From Sporopachydermia quercuum (Eukaryota), in NCBI GenBank assembly GCA_001599295.1, contig BCGN01000008.1, forward strand, positions 682,001 through 746,000: 64,000 nt of DNA. The letters run 5' to 3'. Positions 1 to 12,444 of this stretch are shown here, one piece after another. Both the position numbers and the translations under genes were made by a program. A model generated the notes under the pieces. The model searched no databases. It had not been told where the DNA came from and worked only from the letters and a program-made list of their open reading frames with translations. Every line of letters starts with the position of its first letter. Within the stretch, counting starts at the first letter, position 1.

Positions 1-633
1 TTTCTTACAGGGAAAACGATATGAAATGATATTAAATGCAATACAATGTATGGATTGTAAGAATCCATCTGATTATAGTATTCACAGTATAGTTGTTGAG
101 TAACAAACCGACTGCTTATTGTATGAATCGCTTGTATATAATGACTTAATGGCTCACAAGGCACGTGAAACTAGTGGAAATTGAAAAGGATACGATGTAA
201 ATAAAGGTAATGATAGACAATAATATATATAATCCCCAGGATATGATGCTACTTAAGAACCAAACTACTACTACTAGTAATAGTATACTACCAAATGGTA
301 CATACCACTGTAACTGCCATTATAAACAAGCAACCATTATAACTAATGCTGACATTAAAAATACATAGACCAATGGATAATAACACTATTCAGAAAAATA
401 AAAGCAAACTCATATGAAACGTAGAACAAGAGCAATTCATAACAGCTTAATTAGCATTCTCCTCAATCCTAATCCATTAACTTTCCCAACTCCAGATTAC
501 TATTACTTTCAGTCAATCTCTATTAGCTATAATTCATATAGTTAGACACTTACATTCATTCTTATTTTCCTTCCATCTTCTCCCATTATAAATTAATCAT
601 TTTATTTTACTCATCAAACTCATATCATTTTCT

Positions 634-2034
634 CTAAATGCCTAAAAGTCTACCATTCCACCCGAAGTCTCCTCTCTCTTCTTCACTCTCCTTTATATCC
701 TTTAGAATCCACTTAGCTTCGCGTAAACCCGATTCCCATGCTCCATTGACACATCCATTGCCTTCCCAAACAGTATGCTCTCCTGCAAACCTGAGTTTTC
801 CTAGTCCATTTCCTAAGGCTTCCAAAGCAAGGAAAGGCTCATCGCCAACTAATGATACAGAGTAACTTCCTCTGAAATATGGATTCATAGACCATCCAGT
901 AGTTTTGGTGATTATTGGGTCATTGATCTCAGGACAGAATGTTTGAATCATCGGTTTAATGACACTCCAAGCCTTCTCAGGATTGTTTTCTAATTCTAAT
1001 GTCATATTACCCGAGGTTATAGCTATCAAGCTTGGATCTCCAGTGATATTTGCCATATTGATAAATAGTACTGGCTGGGAGAAAGGACCAACCTCTGATT
1101 CAGAAGTACCGGGTTCAGCTAACACAATAAATCTGTCATTAGGAGGCCATTGAACATGATCAAACTTGAAGTACACTTTTCCCAATGTTGAAAACGACAT
1201 TAGCTTCATAGCGCTACGGAACGATTGAGTAACTATCGTGGGGTCTATCTTTATACTACCTTCAATTCCGTCTTCAGAAAGTGATCCTTGCAACACTGAA
1301 AGAGGAACAGCGACTATAATGTATTCACAAGCATAAACTGTACCCGATTCTGTTGTTACTAGGAAATCTGAGCTTTGATTATCTCGAGATTTAGAAATTT
1401 TCACTACTGGTGATACAAGCTTGACGTCAGCTTCCTCTGCTATTTGATTAATCAACACATCGTACCCCATTGAATTATAACAGTTTCTACCCTCATGAGA
1501 CAAAATTGAGTGTCTAGCAGCTAAATTTTCCCAACCGCTGCCATGCCAGAGTTCCAATGCTCGTACCAGTTGTGGGGCATACAGTTTCTGTTCATCGGTT
1601 AACAGCTTATCTTGTTTTTCAACATACTCAGCAAGTTTCTCCTTCAACGATACTTCTGGCACATCGACAGCAGCGAAAAAACTCATTTCGACAAATTTCT
1701 CAGCTTCTTCTGCTACAACTGGTATTTTGCTCATTGAATCGATCTTCTTGCTGGCTGTATACACTTCAACTCCACCATCATCATAGTACATTTGATGATT
1801 CTGTTCTAGAGCCTTCTGGAATAAAGGATTGCTTAATGTATCATGAAACCAACAAGCTCCAAGGTCTAAAGCTACATCAGTTACACTTCTATTGGTATGA
1901 ACTCTTCCTCCAATACGATTTTGGGCTTCTAATACTACTGCATCTATGTCATTTTTGCGTAGTTCAGCCCCAGCTTTCAAGCCAGCAGCGCCAGCGCCAA
2001 TAACTATCACACGATGTTTTATCACTTCGGCCAT
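634..2034 (-). CDS. FMS1: Flavin-dependent amine/polyamine oxidase (Fms1/Cbp1 family)
   Basis: 466-aa ORF. N-terminal Rossmann motif VIVIGAGAAGL..LEAQNRIGGR, then DLGACWFH; C-terminal W..NPYFRGSYS and LRFAGEHT..GCVNGAWESGLREA, typical of flavin monoamine oxidases. Confidence 0.85.
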   Translation of the reverse strand: MAEVIKHRVIVIGAGAAGLKAGAELRKNDIDAVVLEAQNRIGGRVHTNRSVTDVALDLGACWFHDTLSNPLFQKALEQNHQMYYDDGGVEVYTASKKIDSMSKIPVVAEEAEKFVEMSFFAAVDVPEVSLKEKLAEYVEKQDKLLTDEQKLYAPQLVRALELWHGSGWENLAARHSILSHEGRNCYNSMGYDVLINQIAEEADVKLVSPVVKISKSRDNQSSDFLVTTESGTVYACEYIIVAVPLSVLQGSLSEDGIEGSIKIDPTIVTQSFRSAMKLMSFSTLGKVYFKFDHVQWPPNDRFIVLAEPGTSESEVGPFSQPVLFINMANITGDPSLIAITSGNMTLELENNPEKAWSVIKPMIQTFCPEINDPIITKTTGWSMNPYFRGSYSVSLVGDEPFLALEALGNGLGKLRFAGEHTVWEGNGCVNGAWESGLREAKWILKDIKESEEERGDFGWNGRLLGI

Positions 2035-2867
2035 GTGTTATTGTTACTAAAATGAATTGCCTTTGATGATGATCATGTTCTAGCGGAATCCTTCATAGAA
2101 ATTCACTGATTTAGTATAAAAATGGAGGAAAACGGAAGATCAGTCGGATCATCCGAGTTTTCTCGGGAGAAATAATTGACAGCTGATGATGCACGTGTAC
2201 CTAATATGGGACAGAGAATAGAATAAAAGGAGAATCACCTGATTGTTTCGGAAATGATAGTCAAAATCTGAAGATCAAAGAAATCATTAAATGATTATGT
2301 CATCATAGTATTTGATTCAAAGTAAGATAACCAACCTACTGAAAGAGGTTTAAGATTTATCCACCTACGATAGACAAGTAAATGAAGCTTTTGATTATAT
2401 TACATTAATTAATATTAGTTTTGAATTATAGAAACAAGCTAGCAGCTTCAGATATCAAATCTAGTAATAGTTCAGCGATAAGGGTTAATTTGCACAGAAT
2501 TGCACCTTCTCCATACCGTTAGGAAATGATTCACCTTAGTATAGGATGTACTTGTCTCTAGATTAATCATGCTTGATTTCCAGCCCAATCATTATTAAAT
2601 CTAGATAAAATTAAAAATGCATTTGTTTCCCATATATAATAAATTTACTAGTTCTTAGTTCTATAATACATCGAATTTCAAATCTCATATTCCATATAGT
2701 TGCACTGTCACTTTTTCTCCGACAAATTAAGAACTTGGAACCATCTTCGTGAGAGTATTGACCACGCTTCTTAGTGCTTCAGTAAATTGCTCTCTCGAAC
2801 ATGACTACTATTACTTGCAGACTGGAGTGAGGAGCAGTTTTCTGTTATCAGAAGCCACAGTTGCGGT

Positions 2868-5800
2868 TTATTTGGAGTTTTCATTAAGTAACCGTATAAT
2901 ATCACCAGGTTTTAAACTGTTAAAATAAGGTTCAAGCCTGTTGATAATTTCTTTCGTGTTGATGTTTTCTGGAGCTTCATCTAATTTAGTTGCTCTAATG
3001 GTATCCAACAGATAATTAGGAACAACTGAAAAACTATCATTATAATCAATTAGGGCATGAACAACTTCAATAGCAACAAAATGGCTATCGTTATAACCAG
3101 CAGGTTTATTATCAGGCCCAGTTGCTAATGCTAAATTTTGTGAGCTGTCAGGACGCCCAAACAATATATTTGGAGTGATAACAGTAGCAAGATTATGCGC
3201 ATCCATCTTGGAGCCCGTATCTTCATCAACATAAGAGAATGATACAACCCATTTGAAAAAGAAGAATAAGACTTCCATAACATCTCTATGAGCAGGAGGA
3301 AGAATACAACATAATAGATGCATAATGTTTTTCCTTGTTTCAATATCACTGATTTTTTGGGTATTAAGCCAGAATGTATATAATTTGAATGTTAATAATG
3401 GATCTACCATCTCTCTCAAATAAACTTTCAGCAAGGCAGCTAATTGAACAGCATTTTCGTTAGAAAAATCAATTTTATCATCGGGATGGCTATCAATTGC
3501 TTCAGTAGTTTCCCTCAGTTTTCTGATGTTTCCATTCTTACGGAATACACCTTCAATTGAAATATCCTTCTGTAATAAAGCCGTGATTATATCGTCAATG
3601 AAAGCAGGAACTTTCAAAGGTTTAGGTCCTGCTGTATGATTAGTTTCCACACCATGTTTAGCAATAACTGTTTCTAATGGTACTCCAAACACTTTTCGGT
3701 CTTTCGAATTACTATTTCCGCTGCTATTGATACCTTTATCATGAGACCCGTTGGCAGTTCCACTATAATTATTCGAAATGTCAGAAGAGTTACTTCCAGA
3801 AGATATCACTTTTAATAATTTGCTCCATACAGACACTTTCTCTTTCCTATTGATTAATTGTAGATACTCATCCAAGCCGTTCTCCATACTGAATACTTGG
3901 GTTTCATATAAAAACATGACTGCAACGTGTCTTAGAATAAACTGCTTTAAAGGCGTCAGCTGTGAAAAATACACTCTTTCAGCTTTACTTTGGCTTACTT
4001 TCCTTTTTTCTGCAACTGTAGACGCATCTAATACTACTGTCATTGGTTCATTCTTCCTTGGTGGTTCATGATGTCTGAAAGCATTTGGTCGTTGTTCTCT
4101 TGCTTGTTCTGCTGCTACTATTCGAGGAATATCATCAAGAGTTAGCGACTTTTCATTTCTCAGCAAATCAGTTGTTCTATCAAGATGAGTTTGAGAATCC
4201 TTACGCATTTGTTCTTCTTCAACTTGAAGCTTTGGAGGTGGTGGGAATGTAGGATATGCACCGTTGAGTTGTTGACGATTATTACCTGTGGCTGAAGTAT
4301 TAAGGGCTATAGCTGAATCAGAGTTTTGTTTAGCAATTTGACCAGCAAATTCAATATCTTCTGCGTTAAGAATCTTCGATCTTCTAGCCGTTTGTCTGAC
4401 TGACTTTGATAGCTTTCTGTCAAGCCTAGACGATCTTAGGCTTTTGATATCAGTAAGAGTCCTAATATATCCACTAGAACTTCCTCCAGTTAGTAAAGGT
4501 CTTGAGCTAGAAGTATTATCNCGTGATTTATCCGTAGAGCTGTCATTGTGACTATTAACATTATGATTATAACCATTTGCTTTAGTTAATGTTTCATTTC
4601 TGCGTAAAGAGAGGAATCCTAAAGCAGGTCCCTTCTTCGGAGTGCCAGCCGCAACATCAAAATCAGGTTCTAGATCAATAGCTCTGCCTTCTAGTAGTAA
4701 TTGCAATCTCGCAAGAGCAGCTTTCATTATATGTGTTAACTGCGAAAGCTTGGTAATATATTTAAACCCGAGCCTTGAGCCCGGATCAGAATGAGCACAG
4801 GATTGACAGTAAACCGTTTTCTTCAGGACGTTATAAGCAGCCTCTGAGAACTCGTCTTTCTTGATGACTTGATTGCATTTATGACATTTCAAGCAATCAA
4901 GGTGCCATCTTAATCCATCTTCTAATCCACCATAACCTATGCAGACGTCTTCAACTGCTTCACCGCATCCTTGACAACCTTCATTGCTCGTTGGTCGTAC
5001 TTTGATTGAATCAAGAACACGTTCAGTATCAATTTTAGTATGCGCAGCAATCATCATGAGATATAGTTCGATAGGTTTGGTACTGCGTTTTTCTCGATTT
5101 TGTTTCAAAGCTGTGCATAATCCAAACCGTAGTATAAGTTTTAGATAATGCGCTAATGATGCCACTAATGACAGTAATTGTTGCATTAAAGTATGATCTG
5201 TTGATACCGAGACTCCTTCGCTTATGCTTCTTAAAATGGACAAGTACTTCATTATTCTCGACGTGAGGCTTCTAGGCTCTTTCCCTAATAACCCATTGCT
5301 GTTGGAATCAATACCGAAGTTATTAGAAGTTTGTTGAGGATCTTTATTTTTTTCACTATTGTTTTTCGAGTGTGTCATTTGAGTGAAATCAAAATCTGAC
5401 TTGGCGTCTGTATATACTGTAGTATGCCCTTCAGCGTCTTGATCAGCGCCTGCACCTGTATCAATGCTATTATTGTCTTCAGTAAACGAACTGCTATTTT
5501 GTTCTCTCTCATTCTGGATTTCTTCTCTATCGACTTCGTTTGCTTCCAAACCTGTTGCAAGCACTTTCCTTTCTACTGTAGAAGTAACAGTCCTAGATTT
5601 ATCTGTTTTACTCCCAGAAACCGGCTTCATATGCGAGGACTCCGGCACGACTCCCAAACCATCAACAGCTTGAAACATGCATTCTATTTTCAACACCAGC
5701 AGAGCAACAGATTTAAGTCCGCCTTCAACATTGCCTGCGCTTGCATTCTGTAGCATATCTGATATATTGGCAGCACAGTTTTCTTCAAATATACTTAGTA

Positions 5801-6947
5801 TCATCCATATATTGAGAATCATTTGCTCCATTCTTTTTTCGGCCAGAAATAGGTCACTAGCACTGAACTTCGAGAAATCAAGCTCCATTGACGCCACGTT
5901 GGAAGTATCAGCACCAGACATAGCATTAGGAGATGACGAGGAGACCTGTCGATAGACATCTAATTCACGCATTCCTAAATAAGGGTATGTAATACATACG
6001 TTCCAGAACTTATTCACCATATAGCATTCAGGATGCCAATGTTGGTCTCTACCCCCTCTGTAAACTTCTACAAACTGCTTTAGAATAGAAAACTTACAAC
6101 CTTCACATTTGGAAGCAAATAGCATAGAAAAGTGCTGATGACAGTACACGTTTCCACCATTCTCAAAAAATGATTCGTTTGCTTGAAATACACGTGAACA
6201 ATATGAACAAGTAAAATGTTCTAAATGATATTTTTTTCCTGATGCCGTTATATGACGACCTCTTAGTGCTTTGTTACACGATGAGCAAATAAGATCTAAC
6301 CTTCGAAAATAATCATATTCACACAGTGGAATTTGTTTATTTTCTGTTATCCCTGTTTGCTCATCTTTGACTGCCATTTCTAAAGGGAAAAACTTATTTG
6401 AACAAATGTTCCCGCAGTCATAACATCGGAAACAATCCAAATGATATGCTTTGTCTAACGCTCTTATGAATTGACCAGTGATTGGTTTACCACATTCGCG
6501 ACATAGTCTTGTTCTAGCCACCACTTGATTCGATGGCGTTCTAATCGCAATTTGTCTTGTAGAAGGTGTTGGACTGTCTGGTGGTTGAGAACCTGGTCGC
6601 ATGTTCAAATGATCCATGCTTCTAAACGATTTTGGTGAAGTAGTAGATAATCGTGATGTAGGACCTATATTTGAAACATTAGTCATTGATCGTAAATGCG
6701 ATCTAGTGGACAATGCACTATTATCCTTCCCCAAGGAAAAGGAAGAGGAAGATGAACTTTCCAGCTGAGACGGCTGAAGAAGATGTGGTGACATTGGTGG
6801 GATTACTGCTTGCCAATTATAACCACTTCTTGCTTTATTTCTTCTCGATGTTGGTCTTTGACCACTTTGAAAACTCTTATTACTGAAGCTTGGACTCGGG
6901 GAAAGACTAGAGTCTCTTAATGAGTCTCCTGAAGTAGGAACACTCAT
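2868..6947 (-). CDS. LRG1: LIM-domain Rho GTPase-activating protein
   Basis: First ATG is at 6947 (the track start 6953 is GTG). Tandem LIM domains (CREC..HLDCFRCYDC; CSSC..HLEHFTC), a further LIM (CQGC..WHLDCLKC), the LTLDDIPRIVAAEQAREQRPNAF block and a C-terminal RhoGAP (VFGVPL, EGVFRKNG, SKMDAHNLATVITPN). Confidence 0.92.
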   Translation of the reverse strand: MSVPTSGDSLRDSSLSPSPSFSNKSFQSGQRPTSRRNKARSGYNWQAVIPPMSPHLLQPSQLESSSSSSFSLGKDNSALSTRSHLRSMTNVSNIGPTSRLSTTSPKSFRSMDHLNMRPGSQPPDSPTPSTRQIAIRTPSNQVVARTRLCRECGKPITGQFIRALDKAYHLDCFRCYDCGNICSNKFFPLEMAVKDEQTGITENKQIPLCEYDYFRRLDLICSSCNKALRGRHITASGKKYHLEHFTCSYCSRVFQANESFFENGGNVYCHQHFSMLFASKCEGCKFSILKQFVEVYRGGRDQHWHPECYMVNKFWNVCITYPYLGMRELDVYRQVSSSSPNAMSGADTSNVASMELDFSKFSASDLFLAEKRMEQMILNIWMILSIFEENCAANISDMLQNASAGNVEGGLKSVALLVLKIECMFQAVDGLGVVPESSHMKPVSGSKTDKSRTVTSTVERKVLATGLEANEVDREEIQNEREQNSSSFTEDNNSIDTGAGADQDAEGHTTVYTDAKSDFDFTQMTHSKNNSEKNKDPQQTSNNFGIDSNSNGLLGKEPRSLTSRIMKYLSILRSISEGVSVSTDHTLMQQLLSLVASLAHYLKLILRFGLCTALKQNREKRSTKPIELYLMMIAAHTKIDTERVLDSIKVRPTSNEGCQGCGEAVEDVCIGYGGLEDGLRWHLDCLKCHKCNQVIKKDEFSEAAYNVLKKTVYCQSCAHSDPGSRLGFKYITKLSQLTHIMKAALARLQLLLEGRAIDLEPDFDVAAGTPKKGPALGFLSLRRNETLTKANGYNHNVNSHNDSSTDKSXDNTSSSRPLLTGGSSSGYIRTLTDIKSLRSSRLDRKLSKSVRQTARRSKILNAEDIEFAGQIAKQNSDSAIALNTSATGNNRQQLNGAYPTFPPPPKLQVEEEQMRKDSQTHLDRTTDLLRNEKSLTLDDIPRIVAAEQAREQRPNAFRHHEPPRKNEPMTVVLDASTVAEKRKVSQSKAERVYFSQLTPLKQFILRHVAVMFLYETQVFSMENGLDEYLQLINRKEKVSVWSKLLKVISSGSNSSDISNNYSGTANGSHDKGINSSGNSNSKDRKVFGVPLETVIAKHGVETNHTAGPKPLKVPAFIDDIITALLQKDISIEGVFRKNGNIRKLRETTEAIDSHPDDKIDFSNENAVQLAALLKVYLREMVDPLLTFKLYTFWLNTQKISDIETRKNIMHLLCCILPPAHRDVMEVLFFFFKWVVSFSYVDEDTGSKMDAHNLATVITPNILFGRPDSSQNLALATGPDNKPAGYNDSHFVAIEVVHALIDYNDSFSVVPNYLLDTIRATKLDEAPENINTKEIINRLEPYFNSLKPGDIIRLLNENSK

Positions 6948-7480
6948 TTCCACAATTGGTTCAATCGATTACCTGGAAATGCCAATTTTGATTCACAAAT
7001 CGGCGCAGCTGAAAATTTAATTATACAAGCAACATTAATTAATTGTCACTAGGTTTTCCGCACGTTCACTACCCTGGACCTGTTGTGTTGCCTCGAACTT
7101 GTACACTGAACACCAACCAATGCAATATGCAAAATATAGTAGTACTGGTATTGTTATGTTACGCAGATTCTATCCCTAACCGATTGGTCTGATCCTTTAT
7201 TATCTGACTTTGAATTCCTCTCAATATAAATCTATTCATTGCAATACAGTACACTACAATCGGAACACATCAACATCCTTTCGAGGAGGCTTTTGACCAG
7301 AATATAAAATATTATTTATTATTATTTGCATACTTATTTGATTTGTTCAACAGTTTCCGTTCCTGGTTTTTCTGGAGTCAAAACAAATGCCAGCGGAGAG
7401 TTTGTTAAGGGTGATAAATGAGTTTGAGGGAAGATCTGAAGACCATAATGCAAGGATATGCAGGCTAAAGTACAAGTAGT

Positions 7481-7889
7481 TAACCCTAACGGGAGGCCAA
7501 GATACCTACATGTGAAAAACTATAAATAGAGTTGTATTACCCGGAAAAGTTTCAAGCTGCGAATTTGGATGTTGTTTTCAAGGCACAGGCACGAAACGGA
7601 NATCAATATATTACCAAGAGATAAAGTCGCGTCCCGACAGCAGTTTTAGGAGTTTGGTGAGAAGAGGAGGNTAAGATATAAGCGAGGAAGAAGGGTAAAG
7701 TTTGAAAGGAGAATTCAACTTAAATGGGAGTGACATATGCTTTCTGCGTTGGATATTCAATACGAGAAATGGTCTAGCTGCAATCAAGGTAGAAAAGAGT
7801 TATGCTTGAGAAGTCATGTGGGAACTAGCTAATGAGAACGTACTGAGGACGTGTAACAGCGAATGAATTGGGAGTCCTCCCCACGTGAC
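7481..7889. promoter_or_regulatory. Candidate general-regulatory-factor sites upstream of LRG1 (Tbf1-, Reb1-, Cbf1-like)
   Basis: TAACCCTAA at 7481, TTACCCGG at 7537-7544 and CACGTGAC at 7882-7889 match known yeast consensus motifs. Function not shown. Confidence 0.4.
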
Positions 7890-8129
7890 CGTATAGTAGT
7901 TTAACCATGAAGAGTTAGTATAAATGATGGATAAAATGACTAGAAGAATTAATTGAGACTAACCAGAGGATAATATCAACAGTAGCTCATATTTTGTTAG
8001 ATAAAAGCCGATAAAAAAAGAGTAATTGTAATGTGTACAGTTGATAGTATATTAAGTATTATAACTAATTATTAATATACACAAGGTCTATAAATGCCAA
8101 TTATACTATCTATCATATTTCGCTCATAT

Positions 8130-9989
8130 CTATGCTTCAAATACACCAGGTTGAATATCGAAACCAAACTCCTTTGCTCCTTCAATCATTTTTCGTTCTA
8201 GCAAATCTTCAATTGATTCACTATGCTTATTAAACAAAACTTGATATACTCTATACAAATAGAAAAGTATATCAGTTACACCTACCATTGCATAAAAGGC
8301 AAAATCCTTAACCTCTTCTAGTAAGTATTTATTCCAAGCCAATTTTATATCTGTTCTTCTTTTCAACGAGGTCGATGCTTCCATTGCCAAAATCTTCACT
8401 CTATTCACAGGTGCTCCCATTACTTGATTACAAGATTGCAAAATTCTCATAGTTCTGCCTATAAAAATTAATTCTAATGGCACTCGTGTGGTATCTCGTA
8501 AGAAGTTCTTCATTTCATCACGAGCATGCTTCTGTCTTTCAAATGAGGACATCTCCTTTATTGTCCTTTTGAAATCTTCAACTGCTTTATCAGTACCAGT
8601 GTACGGTCTAAGCATGACCATTGAAACAAATTGATCAGGTGTACCTATTCCCCAAGCGTCAGCTATTTCTATGATTCGGTTGTTGTCGAATCTAAATAGC
8701 GACTTCCATAGTTCACAGTACTCATAACGGAATTTTTCACTTTCTTCAATATACAACCCATGGTCTAATAACACTAACTGAATGTTCTTCCTCTTTTTGG
8801 CATTGTCTCTATAACGTAAAATAATATTTCCAGGATGCGGATCACAATGAATTAATCCCCATTCAAAGATTTGCCTACCAAATAGCTTTAAAAATGTTGT
8901 CATCACTTTATTTTTATCGAAACCCGATTCTTTCAACCCTTCACGATCATTCATTGATGTCCCATCTATCCACTCAGAAACCAACACTCTTTTTCTAATG
9001 AACTGGTCATATATCTTTGGTATGTAAACATCACCTTTCAAGGAAGAACTTTCAACCAAAGCTTCTAAGCGTTTGGAATTAGATGCTTCGTTAACGAAAT
9101 CTACTTCCTTGCTTAGGTTCTTGCTGATATAATCAGCGGCAAAAGATATTGGCAAATCAAACGCATACCCATATATGTTCATGAAAACTCTGTTCATCCA
9201 GAGATCAACTTTTACCTGGTTTTTTATCTCTTCATGCTGAACTTTTACCGCTACTTCTTCCCCTGTTTTCAATCTGGCTCTGTGCACTTGAGCAATACTA
9301 GCCGAAGCAATTGCCGTTTTATCCAGATATTCAAACATCTCTTGTTCGAAATCTTTCCCATATTCTTCTTCCAAAACCTTTTTAGTTTTCTCCCAAGAAT
9401 CTTGCGGAGCACCATCAAATAAAACCGCAAACTTCTCCTGGAACTGTGGTGGGAATACGGATGCTTGCACAGCTATCGCCTGGCCTAGTTTTATGTATAA
9501 TCCTTTATTAGCGTACAACAAATCAAAAAACCTCTCAGCAGATCTCCAATGCAAGCTTTCGATATCGTAACCATCATGGAAATGGAGTTTATAGTCAATT
9601 GCAATAGCTGTTAGCACATACATACTTCGAAGTGTCCTTATGCCAACTGAGCTGCAATAGTACTTATCTGTATAATAAGCTCCTGTAAAACTTATAACTA
9701 GGTAGCCAACCCATTTCATTTTGCTTGGACTTTTTTTGTTTGTTGATCCGTTTTTAAAATCATCACCAGCCGCTTTGACAGATGTTCTACTGAACTGTCG
9801 TACTGATTGAAAACTAGGCCTGAATGATGAGCTTCTACCTGAATCATGCTTCAAACTATGCAAACTTTCATACGCGACTTTTCCCACAGTACCGAACAAA
9901 CTGCTTCTAGTTGGAAGACCAACAAAGGATTTACAAGCACAAGACAAGCTCAAAGAGCGACGAGTCTGCGCTGAAAACTGTTTCAACAT
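8130..9989 (-). CDS. MCP2: Mitochondrial ABC1/UbiB atypical kinase (ADCK1/Mcp2-like)
   Basis: 619 aa with a basic, Ser-rich presequence. Motifs GLYIKLGQ, IASASIAQVHRA, VAVKVQ, HCDPHPGN and LLDHGLY. Confidence 0.8.
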   Translation of the reverse strand: MLKQFSAQTRRSLSLSCACKSFVGLPTRSSLFGTVGKVAYESLHSLKHDSGRSSSFRPSFQSVRQFSRTSVKAAGDDFKNGSTNKKSPSKMKWVGYLVISFTGAYYTDKYYCSSVGIRTLRSMYVLTAIAIDYKLHFHDGYDIESLHWRSAERFFDLLYANKGLYIKLGQAIAVQASVFPPQFQEKFAVLFDGAPQDSWEKTKKVLEEEYGKDFEQEMFEYLDKTAIASASIAQVHRARLKTGEEVAVKVQHEEIKNQVKVDLWMNRVFMNIYGYAFDLPISFAADYISKNLSKEVDFVNEASNSKRLEALVESSSLKGDVYIPKIYDQFIRKRVLVSEWIDGTSMNDREGLKESGFDKNKVMTTFLKLFGRQIFEWGLIHCDPHPGNIILRYRDNAKKRKNIQLVLLDHGLYIEESEKFRYEYCELWKSLFRFDNNRIIEIADAWGIGTPDQFVSMVMLRPYTGTDKAVEDFKRTIKEMSSFERQKHARDEMKNFLRDTTRVPLELIFIGRTMRILQSCNQVMGAPVNRVKILAMEASTSLKRRTDIKLAWNKYLLEEVKDFAFYAMVGVTDILFYLYRVYQVLFNKHSESIEDLLERKMIEGAKEFGFDIQPGVFEA

Positions 9990-10550
9990 CTATTCGCACT
10001 GTCAATCAACACACTATATAGCCGTCGGCAATCACACTTATCAGAAAATGCCCGATTGGTACAACCTATGTGCAAATAATCTTTGCCTACTATGGGAAAA
10101 GCTCTGCAGCACTAAAAACAATAATACCACAAAGAGTATAAGTAGCAATCGCCAAACAATGTAAGAACCAAATCTTCTTTTCATATAAAGCACAGTAGAT
10201 ATAAATTAATACTCACGTACTATTTTGTTGAGAGGCGAATTGTTCAGATTTCCTCACATACATGGAGACCCTTTATTATTATCTCCGAGACCCTTAAGTA
10301 TCTGACCCATTTCTAGACTATATCAAATTTATTAGTACTATAATTTACTTAATACTAATATTTACTGAGAGCATCTTTTGTAACAGCAAATTTTCACAGG
10401 ATGGTTGAAGTGAAAAATAGTTAGTAAAAGCAAGGCGTTGATAATGATCCTGACAGATATAATTCATTATATGCTCAATTACTTTATATATTAATAGTAA
10501 GCAATAAGCCGTGGAGTATATAGATCAAGGTATACGGGAATAGGAGAAAG

Positions 10551-11535
10551 ATGGCAGGAACAACCATTAGTATTCCAGGACTGGGAAATGGCCCAGCTTC
10601 TGTAGATATTCAAACACAAGTAAGCAACTACACATTGAGACAATGGTTAGAGTCATCAGGTAAATATTGATAATTTGGCACATCACTAACAGAAATTTTA
10701 GGCAATTCTCAGCATAATTGATCACTCCAACAGAATAGATGAACAAACACAGAAAAGAGTTATTGGTACCTTAGTAGGTAGCCGATCAGAAGATGGAACC
10801 GTAGTTGAAGTGAGAAGCGTTTATCCAGTAAGACATACAGAAACTGATACAGAAGTAGTTATTGAACAAATCCACAGCTCCTTATACGCTTTACACAAGA
10901 GGGCCAGCCCTAACGATGTTATTGTTGGCTGGTACTCCACAACTGGTGATCTAGACAGTTTTTCTGGTTTAGTTCATGAGTTTTATTCTTCTCAGTGCGA
11001 TGACGCAGCTATTCACTTAACCATGCAAACAAATGATGAAGCAGGTAATGTCATTTCTCCTGTTATTAGGACGTTTGTTTCTTCAGCAATTGGCGTTTCT
11101 GCCGATAGAGTTGGTAATCATTTGTTCGTCCCAGTTGAGAACAAAATTGTCTATTCTCAATTTGAGAAAACTGGTTTAGAATGGATAACTAAAGCTGCTC
11201 GTGAAAACGTGGAAACAAGAAAAATCAAGTACGAACCCAATGAACTTGAATCATTGGTTACATCTTTNGATGATATAACTGATTTCATTACTCGATTACA
11301 GTTCTATGTTAGTTCAGTCGTTGGAAAGCTTTCAAATGGTGAAAAGACTAGCAGTAAAGATGAAATAATTGGTAAGGCCTTATTATCTAATTTGAACTCC
11401 ATTCCATCGATCTCAGTTGCTGAATTAGAAAAGATCTTTGATAGTTATATTCAAGATAATCTTATGGCTGAATATCTTGCTTCAACTGTTAAGACCCAAG
11501 TGCAACTTAGTAGTAAGTTAACTACCTTACTTTAA
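10551..11535 (+). CDS. Translation initiation factor eIF3 subunit f (MPN domain), 2 exons, ~300 aa
   Basis: Exons 10551-10619 and 10702-11535; intron GTAAGC...CACTAAC...TTTTAG. The spliced protein reads VDIQTQ|AILSIIDH..RVIGTLVGSRSEDG..VIVGWYST and ends D.LM.EYLASTVKTQVQLS, matching fungal eIF3f. Confidence 0.88.
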
Positions 11536-12444
11536 TAATAGGAGTGGAGCGAGAATGAGAATGCGGATGAGAATGAAAATAAGAATGATAGTGGTTAGTG
11601 AAGTAGTTTAACATATAATAAATTAAATTATTATGCAATAGCTATTTCAATCAAGTGCAATTTCAGCATTATGAATATTGTTGTGTTGTATGTAGTTATT
11701 TAATGTGGATATTAACCCGAGGAGTCAATCAGTGAGTGAAAATCAGTCTTCGATATAAACCACCCAGTAATAGTCAACTACGAGGTTGGCACACTAGCCG
11801 GACTGGTGATTATTCCATTCCTATTGGTCTTGTTTCAATTACTAGTAATATTCAACAAATTATCGCTCTGAACGGTTGACAATAATCTGTACCTTATCGG
11901 CAGACATTATGGTAACTAAGCTACCTATACAAATCTGTGATCACAATCAAGCATATTATACTATCAACTTTTGTTACAAATTCTTAATCGAATCCTGTAA
12001 GATATTCCCTGTAGATGATGGTTCTTATGACGAATTCCTGTTCACTAGGCACATTAATATAGCTACTTGTAGTCATCAATTAGACCAAATGTATAATAGT
12101 TATATGTCAATGATTATCAATCATCAACCAAAGCACTATTCACTCCTTTCTTCTTCTTGCATTATAACTAAAGCAAAAAAATATTTGGTTTATCGAATTT
12201 GCCATATCTTCTGTTGATTCTATTCTATCTGCATATTATTACTATTATTCTATACCGCGATTCAATTAAACTACATTAAAGTAGCCCAAATACTTTAATC
12301 ACTTTTCTTTTTTTCTATTTATATATTTCTTTGTTTCCTATACCTTATTGACCGTTTCCATTAATATAAAACCATACAAAACATATGTACATAGATAAAT
12401 AAAAATTTATATATATACGATGCCTTGTATCTCTATAATGTTAA

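Noticed and set aside
7481..7490. TAACCCTAAC as a telomerase RNA template
   Set aside because: No supporting pseudoknot or Sm site recognised. It lies among Reb1/Cbf1 motifs upstream of LRG1, so a Tbf1-type promoter site is simpler.
11876..12217. 113-aa intergenic ORF
   Set aside because: TTG start, UTR-like composition and no recognisable motif.
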